A stretch of 63,677 bases of DNA, the filler included, from Candidatus Woesearchaeota archaeon (GTDB taxonomy: Archaea > Nanobdellota > Nanobdellia > SCGC-AAA011-G17 > CAYFGV01), in assembly GCA_964342845.1 (NCBI GenBank). It is 4 parts of 4 records of this genome, joined end to end, with 100 filler letters (N's around TTAATTAATTAA, not from the genome) between each part and the next. Parts side by side here need not be neighbours in the genome. Positions count along the whole stretch, not along the records: positions 17,507 to 34,584 come from CAYFGV010000013.1; 3 more parts are not named here. One strand, given 5' to 3'. The number at the start of each line of letters is the position of its first letter. The first letter of the stretch is position 1. Both the position numbers and the translations under genes were made by a program. The notes under the pieces were generated by a model, which worked only from the letters and a program-made list of their open reading frames with translations, made no database searches and was not told the DNA's origin. Below, one piece after another: positions 21,273 to 29,594 of the stretch.

Positions 21273-21327
21273 TTTATAAACCTTATGTGCGTGTTGAAAT
21301 CCTTGCAATGCTAGAAAGTTTTTAGCA
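21273..21327 (-). repeat. Repeat A copy 1 (55-bp promoter-containing element)
   Basis: TGCTAAAAACTTTCTAGCATTGCAAGGATTTCAACACGCACATAAGGTTTATAAA; 50/55 identical to copy 2 by manual alignment. Confidence 0.92.
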
Positions 21328-21519
21328 GAAGAAGTAGCTAATTTTATAAAATAATTTCCTGCCCACCATTAAGAGATTAATAATAAATTTTTAAAAAAGA
21401 AAACAAAAAGAAGAATTAACTAAAAACAAAGTCTAAAACAAATCCCTAAATTTTCTTTAAAACAGCAATATTCATAAAGAAGTCGAAAAATTTATTTAGA
21501 AACTGTTCTCTTTAATCTC

Positions 21520-22266
21520 CTATAATTTATCCTCCAAAGATTTTCTATATTTTCTTACCCTCGATTTAATAGCAATCGGAGTTCTTTTTGAATATCCCAA
21601 ACCAACAAGTCCTTGAACAATCTTTCTTAGATCTGGTCTACCATCTTTATCTTGACAATCTGCTTGTTGTAATAAATTATAAGCGTCTATAGTTTCTTTT
21701 TCTGTCCACAAAGAACAACCTCTAGCAAGAGCCCCTTTTTCGGCATTAGCCCTGGTTTCTTCTGGCGATAGCCCATGTATCCCTAATTTTTCCTCATATA
21801 TTTTTCGTCCGGCTTTTTGACTTACTTTCTTTCTTTTTTCCTTAGCCATATTCCTAAGCCCTTTTTCTCCCCAATAAGAAATCTTTCCTGCTCTTTGGCT
21901 GTCTTTCCGAACTTGATCAGGAGTTCGTGAAAATACTCCCTTTTTATCTTCACATAACCTTTTACTACTTTCTCTATTGTGTTCTTTTGCTAAAGTTCTT
22001 CTTTCGTCTTCTTCAATTAAGCCCATATATGCTCTAACTTTGAGACCTCCTTGGTGTCCAGAAATTGCCCTCTGTATTCCACTCCAAGCAACACTATAGT
22101 TAACTTGGTATTCTAATTCAACCCTTAGAAAGTTCCCAATTTGAGCTATAGAATTTCCTTGCCGATATAGTTCCGCGATTTCAGGATGATCTTTTTGCAG
22201 AGTTCTACCTAATTGAATCGCATTTTTCATAGCTACAAGCTGTTCATCTGTAGGTCCACTTTTCAT
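21520..22266 (-). CDS. Basic putative DNA-binding protein with ~25-aa repeats and a Myb/SANT-like C-terminus
   Basis: Repeated KG..../SQ+AG+ units; WTEKE...RKIVQGL...KRTPIAIKSR. Confidence 0.55.
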   Translation of the reverse strand: MKSGPTDEQLVAMKNAIQLGRTLQKDHPEIAELYRQGNSIAQIGNFLRVELEYQVNYSVAWSGIQRAISGHQGGLKVRAYMGLIEEDERRTLAKEHNRESSKRLCEDKKGVFSRTPDQVRKDSQRAGKISYWGEKGLRNMAKEKRKKVSQKAGRKIYEEKLGIHGLSPEETRANAEKGALARGCSLWTEKETIDAYNLLQQADCQDKDGRPDLRKIVQGLVGLGYSKRTPIAIKSRVRKYRKSLEDKL

Positions 22267-22511
22267 AAAAAAAAGTAAATTTTTGTATACTTAAGGCTTT
22301 CTGTTTGTTGCTACTATTAAATATATACTATATCCAACAAGCAAAAATTCTTTTTAGAAAAAAGAAATAAAAAAGCGAGCTTTTCTCTCTTGTTTATTGA
22401 TCATTGGAAGAAACCATCCCCAAAAATAAAAATTAAAATTCACAAGGAAGCTTTCAGTTTCAGTTTATGGCTCACTAAGGTTCGAGCAAACAAAACAGAT
22501 TATGTGAAATA

Positions 22512-22781
22512 TTATTCAATAACCACCTTTAATCTTTTCAAAATTTGTTTTACTTCTTCTACTTTCATATGAAGAATTTTTGACTCTTTTCTGCCTTCAA
22601 TCTCATCCATAACTCCTAATTCATCAATTAGATCTTTGATTTCTCCATCTAATTTTTGATAGGTTCCAAACTCTTCGTTTAGGAATTTACTACATATTTC
22701 AGCTATTTCTTCTCTAATCTTTTCACAATCTTTACATGTTAATTGTTCTAATTTCTTAATCAATCTACTTATCGATTTCAT
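22512..22781 (-). CDS. Hypothetical protein
   Basis: 89-aa ORF with upstream CGACGGCTTTATTAA promoter-like element. Confidence 0.6.
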   Translation of the reverse strand: MKSISRLIKKLEQLTCKDCEKIREEIAEICSKFLNEEFGTYQKLDGEIKDLIDELGVMDEIEGRKESKILHMKVEEVKQILKRLKVVIE

Positions 22782-22894
22782 CGTATAATTTAATTTGTTA
22801 TTTTAATAAAGCCGTCGATTTACACGTAATTTTGTTTTATGTTTCCTAAATAACACGAGGGTCAAGGATTGTGAAGCAACCGGAAAAGTCAGAG

Positions 22895-23161
22895 TCAATT
22901 CTGATCTATTGGTCGATAAGATCTAACATGTTTTAAGTAGTAACCATCTGGGCAATCATCATCTGCAGCAAACAATTTACCTCTTTCTTCTCTAACTGCA
23001 TCCGAACAATAGAGGTTTATCTCATCACGACCTACAACATAATCTAGACTTAAATTACCATTAGCATGGCCGATTTCTGCCCTTTCCACTACAGGAGTAC
23101 CTTCCCACTTATATACAACAGTTTCTTCATCTAATGTTGGCAAATAGTCTGGAATTACCAT
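22895..23161 (-). CDS. Hypothetical protein flanked by a 13-bp inverted repeat
   Basis: 88-aa ORF with TATATAAA upstream. Confidence 0.6.
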   Translation of the reverse strand: MVIPDYLPTLDEETVVYKWEGTPVVERAEIGHANGNLSLDYVVGRDEINLYCSDAVREERGKLFAADDDCPDGYYLKHVRSYRPIDQN

Positions 23162-23265
23162 AAAAAGAGGAATATGATAAGATTTATATATGTTGTGAAT
23201 TGACTCTGATTGAAACTAACCCATACATATGCAAAAATTCAATCCCTAACTAGATTTTTTTACAA

Positions 23266-23634
23266 TCACTCCAAAACAAAAACTTCACTCCCTTTCCTCA
23301 ACTTAAAAGCTTCAACCCAACTCTTCCTACCTTTTTTCTTAACAGCAACCTTATGCTCAGGACTAACAATTAACTCTTTACCAGATTCAGTAACAACTTT
23401 AACCAAATAAGGTTTATCAGATTCATATTTATTCACAGACAAAACACCAGAATCAATAACCTTCCCTTTTTCTTCACCTAAAACATCTAATTCACCTTCA
23501 CTCAAATAACTAGCCAAATAACCATCTTTCTTAATCAAATCCAATTTATGTTTCCTCAAAAACTTGTTCACTTCTAATGAAATCTTAGATTTCTTACCAT
23601 TTTTCTTCAAAATAACATTCCCACTAGAAAATGA
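23266..23634 (-). mobile_element. Split intein N-fragment (IntN, 122 aa)
   Basis: Begins SFSSGNVILKK after DPLQ; block B LIVSPEHKV; ends LRKGSEVFVLE*. Confidence 0.88.
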
Positions 23635-24243
23635 TTGTAACGGGTCATGAAGCACATCCCCAAGCAAAGCCCCAGCATGAGCTCCAGTACCATCAAAAAA
23701 AGGAGCTGTCTTCTTCTCAAAATTATCTATTAAAATTTTAGGAACAGGATCCTTTTCACTCATCCTAGCCTTCTTACCTAAGTTTAAAAATAAAACCAAA
23801 CAAACAACAAACATCATGCTACCTATCAAAGAAGCTGCAGCCATAATATCTCCATAATTAGACCTAATCCACCAAGGAGAAATAACTGCCAAAATCAACA
23901 AAATAAACAAAAAAACATTCTGAAATTTCAAAGAACTTTTCTCTTGTATTTTAGCCTTTTCAACTAATTCCTTGCCCTTGCCATATGAAAAAGATTTTAT
24001 AAGTGGCAAATTATCATCACTAAAATTATGAAAACTAACAACATCCAATAATTTCTCTTTAGGTAATAAAGAGGATAATGCTTGACCTATTAAACTTTTT
24101 CCAGTACCAGGCTGACCAATTAATAATAGATTTCTTCTCTGCTTAGCAACCTTTTTAACAATATTTACAGCTTGTTCTTGTCCAATTACAGTATCAATAA
24201 GTTCCTTTGGAACCTCAACATCCTTTGTAGTTTTAAAAGCCAT
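23266..24243 (-). CDS. lonB: LonB protease N-terminal half ending in split-intein N-fragment
   Basis: VIGQEQA, Walker A GQPGTGKS, two TM helices, GALLGDVLHDPLQ, then intein sequence. Confidence 0.93.
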   Translation of the reverse strand: MAFKTTKDVEVPKELIDTVIGQEQAVNIVKKVAKQRRNLLLIGQPGTGKSLIGQALSSLLPKEKLLDVVSFHNFSDDNLPLIKSFSYGKGKELVEKAKIQEKSSLKFQNVFLFILLILAVISPWWIRSNYGDIMAAASLIGSMMFVVCLVLFLNLGKKARMSEKDPVPKILIDNFEKKTAPFFDGTGAHAGALLGDVLHDPLQSFSSGNVILKKNGKKSKISLEVNKFLRKHKLDLIKKDGYLASYLSEGELDVLGEEKGKVIDSGVLSVNKYESDKPYLVKVVTESGKELIVSPEHKVAVKKKGRKSWVEAFKLRKGSEVFVLE

Positions 24244-24266
24244 ATTTAAAAAATAAATATATTTAT

Positions 24267-24527
24267 TTAAATTATATCTTCCTCAGAAACAACTATAAAA
24301 TCCCCAACAGCAACCACAGCACCATAAGGTATCATAAAATCTCCTTCCTTCTTCTCTAAATCAAGACCATGAATAAAAGCAGTAGGATTTCTTAATATTA
24401 GTTCTATTAATTCCCCTGTTCGTGTTTCAAAAGAAAGATTACCTATTTCTCCTAACTTCTTTCCTGTTTTAGTAACAACAGTTTTCCCCATCAATTGTTT
24501 AGCAAATTTCTTTTCTTCTCCAGCCAT
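24267..24527 (-). CDS. PRC-barrel protein (CdpB-like)
   Basis: LMGKTVVTKTGKKLGEI...IPYGAVVAVGDFIVV. Confidence 0.85.
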   Translation of the reverse strand: MAGEEKKFAKQLMGKTVVTKTGKKLGEIGNLSFETRTGELIELILRNPTAFIHGLDLEKKEGDFMIPYGAVVAVGDFIVVSEEDII

Positions 24528-24555
24528 GATTAAACACCTTGTTAAATGATAATAT

Positions 24556-25179
24556 TCACTTATTTATATATCTTTCTAACGGGTTTAACAATCCAAAAGC
24601 TCTAACTATCTTCAAAGACAATGGTTCTTTATAAATAATAAGTCTATCAAACCTATACAAATCAACCAATTCTTTAAAAAATAACCCATTATCTAATCCA
24701 GACTGATCTACACTCGCTAAAAATAAATCTGTCTGAGAAACATTCTCTAAACTTTCATTCCCTTTTAATACATTTAAAACTTCTCCTTTGTCTAAATTAT
24801 AATTTTCAATACTAACCTCATCAGCAACAAAATCATCTACAAAATCAACTTCAATCAAAAGTAAGAGATCAGAATATCCTTTTAAAACATCATAATCAAA
24901 ACTTTCCTCTGTTTGCAACTCTTCATAACTTTTCTCTCCAGAAAAATCTACATTATAACCAAACTGAATTTCATCACTACTATAAAAAATAAGATTAACA
25001 TCCCCATCCTCAAAAATAGATTTAATCTCTTGATAATCCTGATAAACAATATATCCAAAAACTCCGAAAATAAGAATAAAAAACAACATAAAAACTAGAA
25101 CAACTTTAAATATCTTTTTTACAATAAAAACTGCTAAAAACACAGCAAAGAAAAACAGTAGTATAGTTATTAATTCCAT
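24556..25179 (-). CDS. Membrane-anchored hypothetical protein
   Basis: Two N-terminal TM segments followed by an acidic domain. Confidence 0.7.
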   Translation of the reverse strand: MELITILLFFFAVFLAVFIVKKIFKVVLVFMLFFILIFGVFGYIVYQDYQEIKSIFEDGDVNLIFYSSDEIQFGYNVDFSGEKSYEELQTEESFDYDVLKGYSDLLLLIEVDFVDDFVADEVSIENYNLDKGEVLNVLKGNESLENVSQTDLFLASVDQSGLDNGLFFKELVDLYRFDRLIIYKEPLSLKIVRAFGLLNPLERYINK

Positions 25180-25220
25180 AAACTTAAACTATATCTAACT
25201 ACTTAATAAACATTTTGCAA

Positions 25221-25573
25221 CCCCCACCCACCTATTTTTCCTATGGAATCTAATATAATAAAAAAAAGTTCGTTTGGAGTACTAGGAACCTCCTTTCCTA
25301 AGAAATCCTTAATTAATATATTATATAAAATAAAAATAAAAAAGTAAGAAATAAAAAATCCTTTAAATTCAATAAATACAAACCTCAAAACCTAAGAATT
25401 AATTAATAATAATAAAAGCATTATTATATTATTATATTTAAGTTTTTCTATATTATATTATATATTTACAAAACACTCATTAACTCCACATGAAATCAAG
25501 GTGTTACCTTATAATCAAAACACAAAAAACACCCAACTTTTAATAAAAAATAATCTCCACACGAAATCATGGT
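25221..25573. other. Putative replication origin (ORB-like boxes around an AT-rich unwinding element) upstream of cdc6
   Basis: Plus-strand boxes CTCCACATGAAATCAAGG (25484) and CTCCACACGAAATCATGG (25555); minus-strand boxes TTCCATAGGAAAAATAGGTGGGTGGGG (25221-25248) and CTCCAAACGAAC (25268-25279); AT-rich 25310-25470. Confidence 0.72.
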
Positions 25574-25635
25574 CTCAGAGAGATATAATCAAATATCTAA
25601 ATGTTTAAATATCTTATAACTAAGTTAAAAACACT

Positions 25636-27942
25636 ATGCCTCCGAAAACAAATCTAAATCAATTTTTTAAAAATTATCTAGAGAAAACTCCTTTGTTCAA
25701 AGATAAAAAAGTATTGCAATCTTCATATACTCCAGAAACAATACCTCACAGAGACGAACAAATAGATCAAGTAGCAGCAATGTTAGCCCCTTCACTAAGA
25801 CTAGAAAAACCATCTAATTTATTTTGTTATGGAAAAACTGGCTGTATCTCAGGAGAAAGTTTAATTTACACAGATAAAGGTAATGTAAAAATAAAAAACA
25901 TAGATACAAATTCTAAAGTATTGAGTTTTAATACTAAAACAAAAGAGTATGAATGGTCTTCTTTTATTTTCCTTAGGTTCGAAAATAAAGATAAACTATT
26001 AAAAATCACTTTAGATAATGGTCATGAACTTATTGTAACTAAAGACCATCCTTTATTAAAAGACGACATGGAATGGAAAAAAGCAGACGAATTAAATATA
26101 AATGACGAATTGGTTGTAGCTTACAATTTACCAAACCCAAACTTAAAAGAAATCCCCTTATCCTTGGCTAGGTTATCTGCTTTTGTTATTGCAGATGGTT
26201 CATTAAATAGAAGAAAAAGAAGAACAAAAGATAGCAAAGGATATTGGTATAATTCAGACAGGCAAAGATTTAGATATTTTAGTGACGATCAAGAACTTTT
26301 AAATTTAGTACAAACAGATATTTCACAATTGTTCAAGAACTACACACCTTCAATAGTTATCGACAAAGGTAAATGTCCATATGTTCAAGTTATTTCGCAG
26401 GAAGTTTGTCAAACATTAAATCAAATAGGAATTCCCTTTGGGAAAAAAAGTGATATTGTAGAAATTCCACAAATTATCTTAGAATCTTCTTCTATTATCC
26501 AAAGAGAATTTTTAAAAGCACTATTTACAGCTGATGGAACTGTAAGCCAACAAACTTTCCAAATAGAATATTATTCCAACTCAAAAAAATTATTACAGCA
26601 AACTTCTTATCTTTTACACCAAGAAGGAATAGCTTGTAAAATAAGAAATAAATCTGCTAAATGTAACGGAAAATTATTCAACTCATTTAGACTTTACATA
26701 AATGGAGAACAAAATTTAACTAGGTTTTACCATAAAATTGGATTCCACAGCACCATAAAACACCAAAGAATGAAGAATCTTTTCAAAAGATACAAAGTAC
26801 ACAAACCAAATCCAAAATACCATAACAACCATATAACTTACAAAATAAAAAACATACAAGAAACTTACGAAGATAAAGTTTACGACTTAACTGTTCCAAA
26901 AAATCATAATTTCATAGCCAATGGAATAATTTCACACAACACAGGCAAAACCCTTTCAATTAAACATGTAACAAACCAAATATTAGAAGTAGCAAAAGAA
27001 CAAAATATATCTGTAGAATGTTTTTATTTAAATTGTAAATTAAAAAGAGTAGCAGACACAGAATATAGATTAATAGCTCAATTAGCAAGGGCTTTCGGAG
27101 AAGAAGTCCCTGCAACAGGATTGCCAACAGACGAAGTATACAAACTTTTCTTAGAAAAAATAGATCAAGAAAAGAAATTAATAATATTAATCTTAGATGA
27201 AATAGACCAATTAGTTAAAAAAGCAGGCGACGAAATACTTTATAATTTAACCAGAATAAATTCAGAATTAAAAAATGTAGAGTTATCAATCATAGGAATA
27301 TCAAACGATCTCCTCTTCACAGACCATATTGACCCAAGAGTAAAATCATCTTTATCAGAAGAAGAATTAGTTTTTCCACCATACAATGCAATACAGATTC
27401 AAGATATTTTAAGGGAAAGAGCAAAAAAAGCATTTGCAGATGAAGTTATAGAAGATGGAGTCATAGAAAAATGTGCAGCTTATGCAGCTAGAGAACATGG
27501 AGACGCAAGAAGAGCTTTAGAACTTTTAAGAGTTGCAGGAGAATTAGCAGAAAGATCAGACAAAACAAAAATATCAATAGAACATATAGATCATGCAGAA
27601 GAAAAAATTGAAAGAGACAGAATAAATGATATAATAGCCACGCAACCAAAACAAGCACAACTAACTCTATTAGCTTTATTTCGTTTAGCACAAAAAGACG
27701 AAAAGTTTTATACTGGTGATATTTTCAAGGTTTACAAAGAATACTGTAGTAAAATAGGTTTAAAACCATTAACTCAAAGAAGAATTTCAGATATTCTCTC
27801 AGAACTAGACTTATTAGGTATTATAACATCAACAGTGATAAGTAAAGGAAGATACGGAAGAACAAGAGAAATTGTTTTAGCAATACCGGATGCAACATTA
27901 CCTAAACTGACAACAATTTTAAAACAAGCTCTTGACCTATGA
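25636..27942 (+). CDS. cdc6: Orc1/Cdc6 initiator containing an intein
   Basis: IPHRDEQI, YGKTG|TGKT, LDEID, HGDARRAL, winged-helix SKGRYGRT. Confidence 0.95.
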   Translation: MPPKTNLNQFFKNYLEKTPLFKDKKVLQSSYTPETIPHRDEQIDQVAAMLAPSLRLEKPSNLFCYGKTGCISGESLIYTDKGNVKIKNIDTNSKVLSFNTKTKEYEWSSFIFLRFENKDKLLKITLDNGHELIVTKDHPLLKDDMEWKKADELNINDELVVAYNLPNPNLKEIPLSLARLSAFVIADGSLNRRKRRTKDSKGYWYNSDRQRFRYFSDDQELLNLVQTDISQLFKNYTPSIVIDKGKCPYVQVISQEVCQTLNQIGIPFGKKSDIVEIPQIILESSSIIQREFLKALFTADGTVSQQTFQIEYYSNSKKLLQQTSYLLHQEGIACKIRNKSAKCNGKLFNSFRLYINGEQNLTRFYHKIGFHSTIKHQRMKNLFKRYKVHKPNPKYHNNHITYKIKNIQETYEDKVYDLTVPKNHNFIANGIISHNTGKTLSIKHVTNQILEVAKEQNISVECFYLNCKLKRVADTEYRLIAQLARAFGEEVPATGLPTDEVYKLFLEKIDQEKKLIILILDEIDQLVKKAGDEILYNLTRINSELKNVELSIIGISNDLLFTDHIDPRVKSSLSEEELVFPPYNAIQIQDILRERAKKAFADEVIEDGVIEKCAAYAAREHGDARRALELLRVAGELAERSDKTKISIEHIDHAEEKIERDRINDIIATQPKQAQLTLLALFRLAQKDEKFYTGDIFKVYKEYCSKIGLKPLTQRRISDILSELDLLGIITSTVISKGRYGRTREIVLAIPDATLPKLTTILKQALDL
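25843..26940 (+). mobile_element. Intein (366 aa) with LAGLIDADG in the Cdc6 Walker A motif
   Basis: CISGES start; VTKDHP; FVIADG and ALFTADG; VYDLTV...IISHN|T. Confidence 0.95.
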
Positions 27943-29594
27943 ACAAAGAAGTAACCATTAATTTTTTTCTGAAAAACAACTTTCTAATAAATCCAGAACT
28001 CTTTAAAGAATTAAAAGAACAAGACTTAGATGAATTTTTATCAAAACTTTCAGAAAAAATAAAAGATAAGAATAACCTTACAATTATAAACAAAGATATT
28101 TTCAAATTAATTTTAAAAACAACTAAAACTCCAGAAATAAATTGGAATGAATTTGAAAAATCAAGAGCATTATTAGAAAAAGGAAAAGATGAAAAAATAT
28201 ACAAAACATTTTTAGACATTATAAATTATCACACTTCAAAAGAAAAAAAAGATTTCTTAGATAGTTTAATAGAAGAAATAAAACAACCAGCAGAACAAAT
28301 AACAGAGTCAAATGACTTGGAAGAAGAATCAACAATTTACCCTGTAATGGTTTTAAAATCTTATAATAAACCACCACAAAAAAAACAAGTCCAGGATTTT
28401 GTAGGGCTTTATAAACAAAGATATCACCAACTAAAAAAAATACTTCTTAATAGACCAGAATTACAAACAGCAACTTCGATAAACAGATTACATTCAAAAC
28501 CACGGGGAGAACAAGTATCAATCATAGGAATTGTTTCAGATAAAATGATTACAAAAAACAACAACATAGCTCTAACTTTAGAAGATCCAACAGGAAAAAT
28601 AAAGATAATGATCATGCAAAAAGAATCAATCTACGAAGCAGCCAAAGATATTGTTTTAGATGAAGTTATTGGACTAAAAGGAAACATGGGTGATAAAATT
28701 GTATTTACAAATAAACTTTTCACACCAGATATACTTCAAACAAACGAATCAAAAGTAACAAAAGAAGAAATCCACGCAGCATTTATATCAGACATACACA
28801 TAGGATCAAAAATGTTTTTAAAAGAAGAATTTTTAAAATTTATAAAATGGCTAAACATGAAAACAGGAAATTCCCAGCAAAAAGAAATTGCCAAAAAAGT
28901 CAAATATTTATTTATTGTTGGGGATATAGTAGACGGTATTGGAATTTATCCTAATCAAGATGAAGAACTTTATCTAAAAGACATTAGAGAACAATATAAA
29001 GAAGCAGCAGAATACATTTCATTAATTAGAAAAGACATACAAATAATTTTATGTGCAGGAAACCACGACGCATTAAGAATTTCAGAACCACAACCAAACT
29101 TAGACAAAGACCTTACAGAAGACTTATATAAATTAGATAATGTCACAATAGTTTCAAATCCTTCTTTAATTAATATAGCATCAAATAAAGATTTTCAAGG
29201 TATAAATGTTTTAATGTATCACGGATATAGCTTTGACTATTATGTAGCAAATGTAGAATCAATAAGAAACAAAGGCGGTTATGATAGAGCAGATATAATA
29301 ATGAAGTTTTTATTACAAAAAAGACACTTTGCTCCAACACATACGTCTACTTTGTTTGTTGCAGACCCAGAACAAGATAATTTAGTTATAGACAAAACTC
29401 CTGATGTCTTTTGTTCAGGACACGTCCATACTTCTTCTGTTTCATCTTATAATAATATAACTTTAATTTGTGCATCATGTTGGCAAGCTAAAACACCTTT
29501 CCAAGAAAAAGTAGGGCACAATCCAGAACCAGGAAAAGTACCAATATTAAATTTAAAAACAAGAGAAGTAAAAATAATGAACTTTGTAAAATGA
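27939..29594 (+). CDS. polB: DNA polymerase D small subunit DP1
   Basis: OB fold LEDPTG; SDIHIGS, GDIVDG, GNHDA, HGYS, SGHVH phosphoesterase motifs. Confidence 0.93.
   Translation: MNKEVTINFFLKNNFLINPELFKELKEQDLDEFLSKLSEKIKDKNNLTIINKDIFKLILKTTKTPEINWNEFEKSRALLEKGKDEKIYKTFLDIINYHTSKEKKDFLDSLIEEIKQPAEQITESNDLEEESTIYPVMVLKSYNKPPQKKQVQDFVGLYKQRYHQLKKILLNRPELQTATSINRLHSKPRGEQVSIIGIVSDKMITKNNNIALTLEDPTGKIKIMIMQKESIYEAAKDIVLDEVIGLKGNMGDKIVFTNKLFTPDILQTNESKVTKEEIHAAFISDIHIGSKMFLKEEFLKFIKWLNMKTGNSQQKEIAKKVKYLFIVGDIVDGIGIYPNQDEELYLKDIREQYKEAAEYISLIRKDIQIILCAGNHDALRISEPQPNLDKDLTEDLYKLDNVTIVSNPSLINIASNKDFQGINVLMYHGYSFDYYVANVESIRNKGGYDRADIIMKFLLQKRHFAPTHTSTLFVADPEQDNLVIDKTPDVFCSGHVHTSSVSSYNNITLICASCWQAKTPFQEKVGHNPEPGKVPILNLKTREVKIMNFVK

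Noticed and set aside
21252..21308. N-terminal extension MQGFQHAHKVYK, similar to LQGFLHVREVYK in ORF 58561
   Set aside because: Both are translations of non-coding repeat A; real starts are the ATGs after the TATA box (21251, 58684)
21330..21476. Possible small membrane gene between the endonuclease and the 248-aa gene
   Set aside because: Early stops in all three minus-strand frames near its start; no supportable ORF
25203..25388. 61-aa minus-strand ORF
   Set aside because: Lies within the ORB/AT-rich origin region; low-complexity, probably spurious
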